From: Tubulanus polymorphus
Taxonomy: Eukaryota > Animalia > Nemertea
Direction of reading: 5' to 3'
Assembly (NCBI RefSeq): GCF_964204645.1
Contig: NC_134027.1
Coordinates: 2,264,485-2,328,484 of the forward strand
DNA: 64,000 nucleotides
In this document: positions 14,401 to 25,800 of the stretch, piece by piece
How the letters are laid out: each line of letters starts with the position of its first letter
How positions within the stretch are numbered: position 1 is the first letter of the stretch
The notes under the pieces: generated by a model
Database searches by the model: none
Told to the model about the DNA's origin: nothing
The model's input: the letters and a program-made list of their open reading frames with translations, nothing else
Position numbers and translations under genes: made by a program

Positions 14401-17400
14401 GTTGCAGCTAATCATACAAGTGTAAAATTCCTCATTGCGTTCCCACCGTGTGCGATTCTTACAGTTCTGTAGCCATCAGAAAAACCTGTCGGCGCCCGTC
14501 ATACGAAACTTGTGTGCGAGAAATATTTAATCAAAGATTCGATAAAAAGTTGAAATCACACGTTATTGATAGAATGCTTAGCCGATAGCGAACCTTATTT
14601 GATATAGTAAATCGCTTGGAAAACGGTGATTGATGTTTCTTTCCCCGGGAAATTATCTCCCAATATACTTACTTGTTCTCAGATTTCGTTTATAACAACA
14701 TAGAATAAAGCGTAATCTCGATCACTACATAACGCATTCTTGATTGCAGGAGAAACTGCCTTCAAATAACTGAAGGAATTGAAGAACCAGGCTCTTTAAG
14801 ATGGCCTTTAGCTTTATGTCTGTTTATCGTGTGGGTTATGTGCTACTTCTGCATCTGGAAAGGTGTTAAATGGACCGGAAAGGTAAACTGATCAGTGCTC
14901 ACTTATAATCTATGGATGTTGGATGATTTCCATTGCAACTTCTTCATTTATATCGAAAACATGAATTTGATCTTAATTTCAGGTTGTCTATTTCACGGCC
15001 TTGTTTCCGTACGTGCTTTTAATAGTTCTCCTCATTCGTGGTGTGACCTTGCCTGGTGCGGCGGAAGGTATCAAATTCTACATCTATCCAAATATGACCA
15101 AGTTACGAGATTCGCAGGTATATACGTATCAGCTGAACGTATGAAATCTAAATTCCCTTATGTTGGGAGTATAAACGTACTTCTATATACGTAAATGTCT
15201 AATGCTTATTTACTATTTCAGTTTTGACAATAAGTGCTGAATTGCTGTTTATTTGATATCTGAATATTTCATGTATTTTCTTAAGGTGTGGATTGATGCC
15301 GCTACGCAGATATTCTTCTCATACGGACTTGGTTTGGGATCCCTGATCGCCCTGGGAAGTTATAACGACTACCACAACAACGTTTACAAGTAATACAGCA
15401 ATATTTCACGATAGTTTATTCATCGGACTATTAATAACAATTATCAGCCTTGATCTTTAAAACTTGTCCTACAAACCCAATCCTCCTTTTGTTCTTCATT
15501 CCCCTCCGTATTATCTTCGACTCCAATTACAGATTCACCGCTTAAAGTATCGGTAAACTATTCTATTCATAGCCGTCAACATCACGTTTTTAGTTATTGC
15601 CATTGAAAAATGAATTATCAAAATCCACCGGATTTCAGTATTGAAATAAGTAGAGTTCAGTTACAATACAAGAACAGAACAGCCAAACGGAGCTTGGTCT
15701 TTCAGCATAGGGTTTCAAGCAGGATAAAAATGTCCTCCTAAACAGCAATAGCAATAATTGAAAAACGATTGTTTCGTTACAGGGACGCCTTGATTGTTTC
15801 CGGAGTTAATAGTTGTACGAGTCTTTTCTCGGGGTTCGTTATTTTCTCAGTCGTTGGCTTCATGGCTCATACCCAGAAGAAAAAGGTTGCTGAAGTAGCG
15901 GCTTCAGGTCTGTAGAAGAAAGTTATAAGTGGAACTAACCAATTCGAATGAATCATTCTCGAATTAGAAACCTAGAAAATTGGCGATAAGTTTTCTGGGA
16001 TTCGACGAATTTAACCGATATTTACGAGACGAAAAAGGGTGTGGCCGTAGATTTGACATTCGTAACATATTTTTCAGGTCCCGGTTTGGCATTTTTAGCA
16101 TACCCATCAGCCGTAGTTGAACTGCCGATTTCACCGCTTTGGTCGTGTTTATTTTTTCTCATGTTGATCATGGTTGGCCTCGATAGTCAGGTAGGACGTA
16201 AATATTTATCGCAAATTCACATTCATTCGTATTCAAGAATTACGTCAAAACAAAACACGTTTTGACTTAACTTACAGTTTTGCACGATGGAAGGATTCAT
16301 AACGGCTCTTTGTGACGAATGGCCAAGATATCTCAGAAAATATAAAGAAATATTCATAGCGATAACATGTCTTGTGTCTTATCTCATCGGCCTGTCGACT
16401 ATAACTCAGGTAAAACCCTAGTCAGTAACCTGACTGTGGTTTAGTTTCACGATCGGATATTTTCACAAACCACAGTCAGGAATGGGAAGGTCATTTTTGT
16501 ATGAAATCTTCGTCAGCCAATTTGACTGACGAGTAATTTGCCTGGCATTTCATTGTCTCTTAAGATATCTGTCTCATTTTTGTTGTAATCGACGCACAAC
16601 AGATTCGTAGTTTGTCTGATACCTATAACACCTCACCTGACGATCTTAATCCATGTGCAAATCGGCCGTAAAGTGAGAGTAAATTTCCGTCCAGTCAACA
16701 GCTGCCATTTTGAAAATTACTGGAGGTGCTGGCACCTGTGGACTGAGGCCAGGACAACAGCACAAACTAACAAAGCGAAACGACGAAATTTAAAAAAATT
16801 AAAAAATCAACACTTATTCACATTTTTCTTTTACCAGAAATTTATTATTTCATTATTTATTATGGAAAACACGAAGACTTGAAAAGTTGGAAAACCATCA
16901 AAAATAAAAATTGTCGTTTCGTCTTGGAAGTTTTATATAAATCCTTGTAGGTCCCCTTGTCTTATCATGCCACATGTGCAATACAGAGAAATGGCGGCCA
17001 ATGGCGAAATTTGTGGAGAAATTAATTAATTTCTCAAAATAATGTTGATTAATCACTCGAAACATACATAAAATTGGATTATTTCGAAAGGTACCTGTGT
17101 TAGTTTGTGAATTAAGCCATTAATTGTGGACTGAAGTGAATAGAAAGTATATTTTTGAAGTGTTACTTTTTTCAACCGTGTTTTGGTCCTTGTCATCCCT
17201 AACGTTGGTATAAGCCCATCCGATTATAAAAAGCTTACCACCAACGATTAGGTAACTAACTAGTAAAACCCGAGATCATCTATTACCGATATAGGAAGTT
17301 GACGAACGCGCCCACAATTGATAATGCTTTACATTCATTATTCGCGAAACCGTTAGATTGATGATTTTTTTTAGTTTTTGAAAATTGTATTGTTTTTTTT

Positions 17401-18287
17401 AAACCTTATTTCTAGGGTGGAATGTATGTGTTTCAAATATTTGACTATTATTCGGCGAGTGGGATGTGTTTACTGTGCCTGATTTTCTTCGAATGTATTT
17501 CGATATCGTGGGCTTTCGGTATGTATGAGGTTATACACGTGACGTAGCAGCGCGTCATATTGACCGTCAAGCGCAAGCGGTTAACAGAAGTTAAAGACGG
17601 CCATTTGGCGACCTATATGACGCATTGAGTGACGTTTTTCACTCAGTTAACAAAACTCGATGGTTCTATGAGAATATTTCTTACAGGTGTCAACCGATTC
17701 TATGACAAGTTGAAAGAGATGATCGGCTACTATCCCCCAATATTTTGGAAGATTTGTTGGTTCGTCTTCACTCCCATCATCTGCTTTGTGAGTGATCGAT
17801 TAATGGAAAAACGAAACGACTGTTAGACTCAGCTATACAGCTGTGTCGATGGTGTAGATCGAGTAAACTTTGTTCTCATTTTGAACCGTTTCTTTTTAAG
17901 GGGGTGTTTTTGTTCAGCGCAATTCAGCATAAACCGTTGAAATACGTGGATTATGAATATCCGTGGTGGGGTGAATTTATCGGCTGGTCGATGGCCATGT
18001 CATCAATGATTCCTGTGCCTGCTTACGCTATCTACAAGTTTGTCGTCACAACTGGAACATTTAGAGAGGTGAGTTATTACGAGCGAACCCACGAATTACG
18101 TCATTGAAGGTCAAGGTTAGAGCGAAGATCGTAAGTTTTGGTTTCAATTTTTTTCCAGCGATGCCAAAAGTTGTTCCGTCCGGCTGGTGAATTTGGACGA
18201 CCCACAAAAGTGGAAGATGGCGAGAAACCGCCATCATATTCGGAGATCGAAGGCGTAGTCAACTCAAATGACGTAACAGCTGTGTAG
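2425..18287 (+). CDS. SLC6A1: Sodium/chloride-dependent GABA transporter, GAT-1-like (SLC6), multi-exon
   Basis: TM1 [37 protein letters not shown]; [19 protein letters not shown]; [16 protein letters not shown]; [11 protein letters not shown]; GLDSQF. Approximate exons 2425-2668, 12874-13005, 13734-14103, 14750-14882, 14983-15117, 15286-15389, 15783-15907, 16078-16190, 16277-16409, 17416-17518, 17687-17787, 17901-18068, 18159-18287 with compatible phases. Confidence 0.93.
9878..9899. repeat. (AG)11 microsatellite
   Basis: Perfect AG dinucleotide run in SLC6 intron 1. Confidence 0.9.
16419..17262 (-). mobile_element. Non-autonomous DNA transposon with 9-bp TSD (Mutator-like; family B, long copy)
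   Basis: Imperfect TIRs TAGTCAGTAACCTG / TAGGTAACTAACTA; exact TSD gtaaaaccc at 16410-16418 and 17263-17271; both ends match the copies at 48437 and 57028. Confidence 0.85.
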
Positions 18288-20340
18288 AAAACATGGATGT
18301 GAACATTCCTTTCTAACAAAACGAGCGCATCACAGACCAGTAATCGGTGAATTGAGACGAAGTTAAATAAAGGTGATCGAAAGGTTGGAAGATAGAAATA
18401 TGCGTTGTTTGCTTGGTGAAACGAAAAGTCGGCAGATAGGCCTTTAATATCGAGTTAAATCCCAAGCAAACATTTTTAAATGTGTCTTATCGTAGAACTA
18501 TATCGTAACATGCATGTACGTGTGTTTCCCATAGTCAAATATATGATATAAATAGTTATTATACCAGCGCGTGGATATTGTTGCGTTTTGTGGTTCCTGC
18601 TTCGGGACTCACGAATTCACGAAAAAAAAAACAAATCATCTACTGAAAATTCTACATGTTTATCTATAAATTACTGTGTATAGATGTATATCTTATATTC
18701 TCGTGTAAATTTTATCATATAACCATCGCAAACTTTTTCAGAAGTTCTTTAGGAAGAAAAATGATTTTAAAATGAAAGCTAAGGTTAAGTTACTCAAAAC
18801 GATCGGATATAGATATGATGTAGGCTTGTTATATACTGATGATAACCAGTTCGTTCGACTCTCTTGTTCAATCTAGAATCTGTATTCACAAATACGACAT
18901 GTATCAAAGTATGTAGATTTATATAGATCGGTTTCTGTATATTTGTAAAATAAAATGTATATAGAATAAAAATACATGTTTACTGTCTTTTAATCTTATA
19001 GAATGATATAACGATAATTCCTCGAAAATAAGTATATATACTAGATAAATATGTATGTACATCTACTATGTATTTTTTTCACTACAAGTTCATGTATGTT
19101 TCAGAACGTACGTTATTGTATCATATTCTATAATTAGCCAATCAACAACGAATAATCATTATATTATCAAAGTTAAATTGATTTTGTTATAATCTAACAT
19201 AGATTAAAAAAACAGCTTAGATTAGATGATAAATTTACTAATGAACTAATTCACTAATTTGATGAATAGTTTCTGTGCAGATATCTAAAAAACCAGTCGT
19301 TAATCGTAAGAATGAACCCGAGCTCTAGATAGCTATTACCTACGTATCTTCGTGAATTTTCGCTAAAACTGAAAGTTATAATCATAGATCGTTTTTACAG
19401 CCTATTTCGGGCTGTTCTCGCTCGTATAATAGAGACTTGTTCGTTTAGATAATTGTATTTGAAATAAATAATTGTATCATATACGAAGAAATGTACGTAA
19501 TAAAGGCATAAGTGTATACAATCAATTATTCTTTTTAGTAATTTTGATTTTGAAAATAGTTTTAATCGTCGTACTTGTTTTCGGCGAGTGTGCAATCAAA
19601 AAAGTGTTTACGTGGAATAATTTATAGTGGTTACAAGACATTGAATGGGCGTGTCCGAACACCTTCTTCAAACCCTGTCGATGTTATTTGTAAAAAAAAT
19701 TAAAATCTTGAGTGTATAAGTCGAAATATTGAGGCCGAACAAAAATATCGCTTGTCTGTCTGTGTCTTGCATTTACAGCTAAGTGAGGTGACAATGTATT
19801 TCGGAAATAAAACGAGGCGTGCTAATTGAGTTTAACTGAGGAGTGTCTGGAAGCGAAATGACTTGCAACCTACAAAATGTATTATATATGTATATATAAA
19901 ACATAGCGAAGTCACTGATGTTTATCTTATTGCCGCTTCAGCTTTTTCATCAGAGATTCTTCGAAAGGTCACTTGAACCGATTTCTCATACTTGACCTGT
20001 CCAGTGATTAAAGGATTAGATTTAATTTCTAACACATATATGAACTCTGACGATAATCCCTTACGTCTTGTTGACTAAAACCGTATAGAGTAGTTCGTAT
20101 AACGGTCACTGTTCAGGTAGACAAACTTTCTGGACAAAACCATATCAATTTTTAGCAACGTGAACCATTATTATTACTAACACGTATTGAATAGTGTGAC
20201 CCGAACACTGCAGGCAGTAAACGATCGTGATATGACAACATACTGTTAATCGTTCAACCGGATGAAGGCGTTAAAAACACCGTTTTATATTCATACATTA
20301 AACTCGTGGCGGTATAGTTCAGTTAGATAAATTTGCGAAA

Positions 20341-20703
20341 ATGTCTACAGCAGAAGAAGATAAGACAATTCATCCATCTCTGGAACGTTTGGCTAGTATA
20401 CCATCCCCAACAAGGCGCACAGGAACAGCACCTGATATCGGAATGACAGGGTCCAAGATCGGGGCAGATGCGGTTCGACCTAGGACTGTAAATAACGGAG
20501 AACTGCGAGGCATTCTACGTCGAGTATCCCGACCGACTCTTTCCAGCAGCGCTCGAACATCCAGACCATTTGCCATGGAATCGTATCTTGATGGTGGTAA
20601 ATACGCCTGGCATAAAATGCCATTAATGAAAGACAACCACAGCATTCTATGGACGAATTCGGGATGCGTAAAATCCTCGTGCCGATTAAAGGGTTGCTCC
20701 TAA
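20341..20703 (+). CDS. Possible single-exon 120-aa orphan protein
   Basis: aaaATGt start context, higher GC than flanks, AATAAA near 20940; no recognisable domain. Confidence 0.35.
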   Translation: MSTAEEDKTIHPSLERLASIPSPTRRTGTAPDIGMTGSKIGADAVRPRTVNNGELRGILRRVSRPTLSSSARTSRPFAMESYLDGGKYAWHKMPLMKDNHSILWTNSGCVKSSCRLKGCS

Positions 20704-20980
20704 ATACTCACATGAACAGTAGGGCTATCAAAACCCTGGTGAACATTTGCAGTTGATTGTTGTGTGATAGTTTACATTAACTGGTGACGTGATAAAAGGA
20801 TCTTATTTCTATGAATTATTCAGTCAGGACTGTCATTTAAAGCTGAATTGATTGGAAAGTAATGAAACAACTCGAATGATATGATAAATAGTACATGTGT
20901 ATATTTGCTTTTAGTTCTTTCGATTACAAAAAATTAAGAAATAAAAACGTAACGTCATTAAGTGTCATATTTGTTCGTTT

Positions 20981-22255
20981 TTAATGATCGGCGTTTCTAA
21001 CTGGCGTCTCATGACATGAAATTCTACTGTTGTGGCTTTCCTCTTCGACCTGTTTCACTGTTATTCGCAATGTGTTTGTCACTGTATGAGTTATGTTCTG
21101 CGGATTATTGTTATTTTTGATTGTTGTTATAGCATGAGACGATGTGCGGCTCTCCCTTGTAAACGTCTGCGAATGTGGCGTCGATGATCCAGCCGCATTT
21201 CTCAAGAACTGATAGAAATCGACACTACTTTGTTCGAAAGCTTGTGATTCCTCTCTGGGCAACGAGCCGGTTTTAACGAACGACTTCACTTTATGGCAAA
21301 TGTGGATAAGTTTTTCCCGTATCGCTACATTTTTAAGTCCATATACTAATGGATTTATGGCGAACGACATGAACGCTATCCACGTAAGAATCATTTCTAC
21401 ATATTTCGATGATACATTTATAGACGACGTTGCGAGCACAAGGTTCATAGTAAAGTACGGACCCCACAACAAGAAATATGCCCCTACAATCACAAATAAC
21501 GTCACGATTGCACGTTGATGCGCAAAAAGTGAAGTATTTGCCATCGTTGTGACTGTTCTACTGGTTTCCACTAAATCACCGCTATTTTCCCCTTGGGATA
21601 CCGTCTGCGAAATAGTGGGTATGGGATGAACTTGTGCGGCAGAGCGCCTCGCAATTCGATAGACCTGTAAATACATAACTAGGATGACAATCCCCGGTAT
21701 GATGAACGTTAAAACAGTACATACGATAACGAATCCATCAACGTGTCCGGTGGATGTCCAATTGAATGTGCACTGATAGCGTTCTTTTCGGTACTCGTAA
21801 ACATTCCACACAAACATCGGAAGACAACAAATTATTGATGACGTCACCCAGATTAGTATCACGATTATTGCTACTTTCTTCGGCGTCATCGCTACAGAAT
21901 GGCGCATAGGTAATTTAATCGAGAAAAACCGTTCAATACTGATGATACACGTACTGAAAATAGATGCGGTAACCAGAAAGTTTATCAGAAAACCGGCAGC
22001 TTTACAGAAATCGTCGCTAAATGTCCATTTTCCGTGGTAGAATGTAGTTATCGATAGCGGCAAAACAGTTCCACCGGCGATGATATCAATAATACACAGG
22101 TTTAAAACGAACACATTGCTGAGGTTGTTCCGTAGTAACTCATTTCCAATAACAGTCGCGAAGACAGTGATATTTGTGAAAAATGTTGTAAAGTTTATGA
22201 TTACAACAAAAACGAACAATACCCAGTCTTTACTGTATTCCAAATGGTCGTGCAT
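20981..22255 (-). CDS. Class A orphan GPCR, GPR61/62-GPR161-like, intronless CDS
   Basis: Seven hydrophobic segments; TM2 NLCIID, TM3 C..SIERF, TM5 FIIP, TM6 FLLWGPY, TM7 NPLVY. Start placed at ATG 22255 (MHDHLEY) because an acceptor-like ..gccacag lies just upstream; ATG 22324 is an alternative. Confidence 0.9.
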   Translation of the reverse strand: MHDHLEYSKDWVLFVFVVIINFTTFFTNITVFATVIGNELLRNNLSNVFVLNLCIIDIIAGGTVLPLSITTFYHGKWTFSDDFCKAAGFLINFLVTASIFSTCIISIERFFSIKLPMRHSVAMTPKKVAIIVILIWVTSSIICCLPMFVWNVYEYRKERYQCTFNWTSTGHVDGFVIVCTVLTFIIPGIVILVMYLQVYRIARRSAAQVHPIPTISQTVSQGENSGDLVETSRTVTTMANTSLFAHQRAIVTLFVIVGAYFLLWGPYFTMNLVLATSSINVSSKYVEMILTWIAFMSFAINPLVYGLKNVAIREKLIHICHKVKSFVKTGSLPREESQAFEQSSVDFYQFLRNAAGSSTPHSQTFTRESRTSSHAITTIKNNNNPQNITHTVTNTLRITVKQVEEESHNSRISCHETPVRNADH

Positions 22256-22874
22256 ATTGGTTCCTTTTATACTACTGTGGCAAACGGTGATGAAATTGTT
22301 GATGATAAATAAAACTGAAGTCATTCCATTCTGTCCACTGTGGCTGACCTGTTTGATCCCGATACTCACTCTTAGTCGCTAGTGTGAGAATTAAGTAGCA
22401 ATTTACAAGAAATTATATTTCACCCGACGTTTATATATAAGACGGTTGTCTAGCGACCGATGATAAACAATTAAATATTTGAAGTGTGATGGATGGAGTT
22501 ATGATAATGGGTTTCACGATATTGTAACTATTTTGGAACTATATGAAATTAGTTTATAACAAAATAGAATGATGGTGGTTTGGTGGTTACGATATTCAAC
22601 ATCGTAATTCGTACATTGATCACAATCATCTCCTTGGATACTTAACTGGTGATGCGTAACTGAAAGCATTTAATATATTGACTCTTTATCGTTGGAAGAA
22701 AAGTCATAGGTCTAATTATTTACAATTAGTTAGCAGCTCGACGATCAGCAGTGAGAGATGGACAGCAGATGTATAGAATTCTGAACATTGGAAATATTTC
22801 TTTCATAAGATTTATAAATATGTGTGGATGCAACTTTGTCCTGTAGTAGACAAGATTTCTTTAATCTATTCGAA

Positions 22875-25800
22875 ATGCCTGTAGAGAAGTGTCAGATAAT
22901 TTGTTTAGTTTGTGTTATGGGTAAGTAAGCTTTTCTCATTTTGTCAGTGTTGAAATATTTTTTTCTTGTTCGTTCAAATGAAATGAGCATAGGAATAATT
23001 TGAATTAGAATTGTTATTCACATAAATTCCAACTAATAAGACTAACACAATTATTTCTTACCAAAGATTGCTTTTGACTTCAGCAAAACATTGATAGAAA
23101 TTGCCAGTTTCGGAGTAGGAATGATGCTCGATGTGTTTTTTCAGCAAAAATTTGCTTCGCTTTGGACGGTTACGCGATGCGACCATCAACTGCTTGTATC
23201 AGCACTCGTGGTCACAACAAGATATACAATACTTCACTGTTACAATCGTGTAAACAACTATGTGACGATGAAAAAGAATGCAACAGTTTCTACTTTTCGT
23301 CAAATCCTTTATTACTATCAAATTATCACGTTTGTCAGTTGTTACTCGGCAGTTTGTGTAGTTTCCCTCAGTTAAACCAACAATACAACGCCTACTACAA
23401 ACTTGGTACGTATCTCTAAATACCGTCGAAAGATTGTGAAAATGATGACGCTATACCGAATACATCGTCCTAGCTATCTTTTCCAGATCGCAGAAATTAT
23501 TTTCGGCTTGCAAACACGACTTGCCAATCAAATGCCAAAGCGTACGTTGAATATAATGTTGGCGAAGGTCCATTTGAGTGTAAACCTGCGAACACTTTAG
23601 TCTATACGACAGATTCTTATAAATGTACCAGTTTTAAAAATTGTTTTCCTGCTCAAGCCAAGCAAAATCATCACTTATACATCAAAATAGGTAATCGATA
23701 TGATCGCAAAATAACAAACTAATTTCTACCCACCCGATTGTTTTATCACCTTATACAACTGTTTTAGATAATATCCGTTACAAAACTATGTACGGAGAAT
23801 GCCAACGAAATGATTCAAATGAAGATATCATAACAATAATGGAGGACGTCGTTCTTTACAAACAAGAACCATTTTCTACACTAAGCTATGAATGTGAGAC
23901 AGAAGAGAACTGTGTCGCTGTCGAAATAAGAGATGTTAATATTAAGGCTGATGGAGACTTAGAAGCAACCGGTGTTTTATTATCAAAAAAATGCGATATA
24001 ATTAAGAAACCTGATTCTATTCCGTTCATTCGCATCCTTAAAAGTATGTAAAACAAATAATTATCGGGAGAAACCTTTTATTTAAACGATGTCTTTACGA
24101 CGGAGAGCGTTGGTTTATGATTCTCTGTTTTTGTTAATCAAGGTACTGCCGCGCGTAACTACTTCCTAATGAAAAATCTTCACTGCGGAAACACTGTAAA
24201 TAGAGGAAATAAATGGCCACTCGATTGTAAAAGAATTTGCGACGAAACCCCTGGATGTTTAGGTTTTAGGTCTAATTATAACAAGAAAACGATGAGCCAT
24301 TCATGCAGCCTGTTACATATTGATGATAGCGATTCGTGTAACTATCAAACTTGGGCAAACGGTGGATTTATGATCAAAGGTAGTAACAGAAATGAAAGAT
24401 TTGGTCGGTCCGTATGTCTTTCTATGAACAGATTTAGCTTAAACTTATTTCTATCAAATAGGTCAACCACGATTCCAACTTGTTTTTGGTGCTTGTAATG
24501 GAATCTTTAAGACTCAGACAGAAAATATGAAAGAATGTTCGGAATCTTGTCAAAATGATGAAGACTGTCAATCGTTTACGTATGAATCGATAGAAAATTG
24601 CACGATGTGGATGAACTTGTCCGACTGTCAGGAAAAGCAAAACACTACGTCACTATTTTATGTCAAAGCGTGTATGTTAACTTCATTTTACCAATCAGAA
24701 CACGACAAATTTCGGTATACATTTTAACCTGTTATATATGTTTCAGTGACGAGTGATTTGTGGGAGTATTCAATACACAGTTTCCACGTTGATATCGTAA
24801 CAGCTGATGTCATATCGGTTAATGTTAGCAATGTTACTGAATGTGCCACAGAATGTGATAATACAGTTCGTTGCGAAGGCTTCATATTTTCGTTCAGGCA
24901 AAGGCAATGCAAGCTCGCATATTCTGACCAGAGACAATTAACTGGAAAATTCATATTTCGAATGAATAGCTTTTATTACATTAAAGGTATGATTTGAGGC
25001 TATATTCGATATATATGATTCGAGGTCTATACCCGTGAAATTTTGATAACTTGGTGGTAATTAATGGAGTTTCATGTTTTAGATGCAAAAAACTTTTTTC
25101 GAGTGAGCAGAACTTCTTGCAGCCAGAACTCCTTCGACGGAGGTGAAATACTCAACTTGCAGTCATGTTCCGAGCAGTGCAAAAAGTCCAAAAAGTGTCA
25201 AGTCTTTCGCCAAATAGAAGGAATCTGTCATATGTACGAAACATGTGAGCCCACTGCAGGGGAAGGAGATCTATATTTTAAAATAGGTAGCTAATTATCT
25301 TCAATTAACTTTTCTGACGAGATGAAAATTTAATGATCGAATTTATCATAAATGCGCATACAAATGAATTCAACAGAAAACCAATTATGTATAGTTTTTT
25401 GTATTGTTTGGTTCTTGTTGCTTAGCGAATAGAAATTCATGAATATAAAGTAATGATTCAATTTCTATATCGTATTTTCTTTATGATAACATAATAAGGC
25501 GACTTCCACGGCTTTACTCGAATCGAATTGCCGCTAATTGGTGGTGAAAATAATGAAACGTCGATGTGCAGCGCTATTACAAACGCGACTACCTACAATA
25601 TTACTGAATTGATAGAAGAATGCAGCTCAAATGTGGATTGTGAAGGAGTCTGGTTCACTAGAGATCTCAGCAGTCAAATAAGAACCGCACAGAGTAGCTG
25701 CTTCTCACCGCCGGCCACAGAGCGAGGATTCCTGTTCGAAAAATTAGGTTAATATATCAAACGGAGATTTAGTTGGCAAAGGCGGTCTTAATAACTAGGC

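Noticed and set aside
20305-20340. A-box-like gcggtatagttcagttag
   Set aside because: No B-box or cloverleaf.
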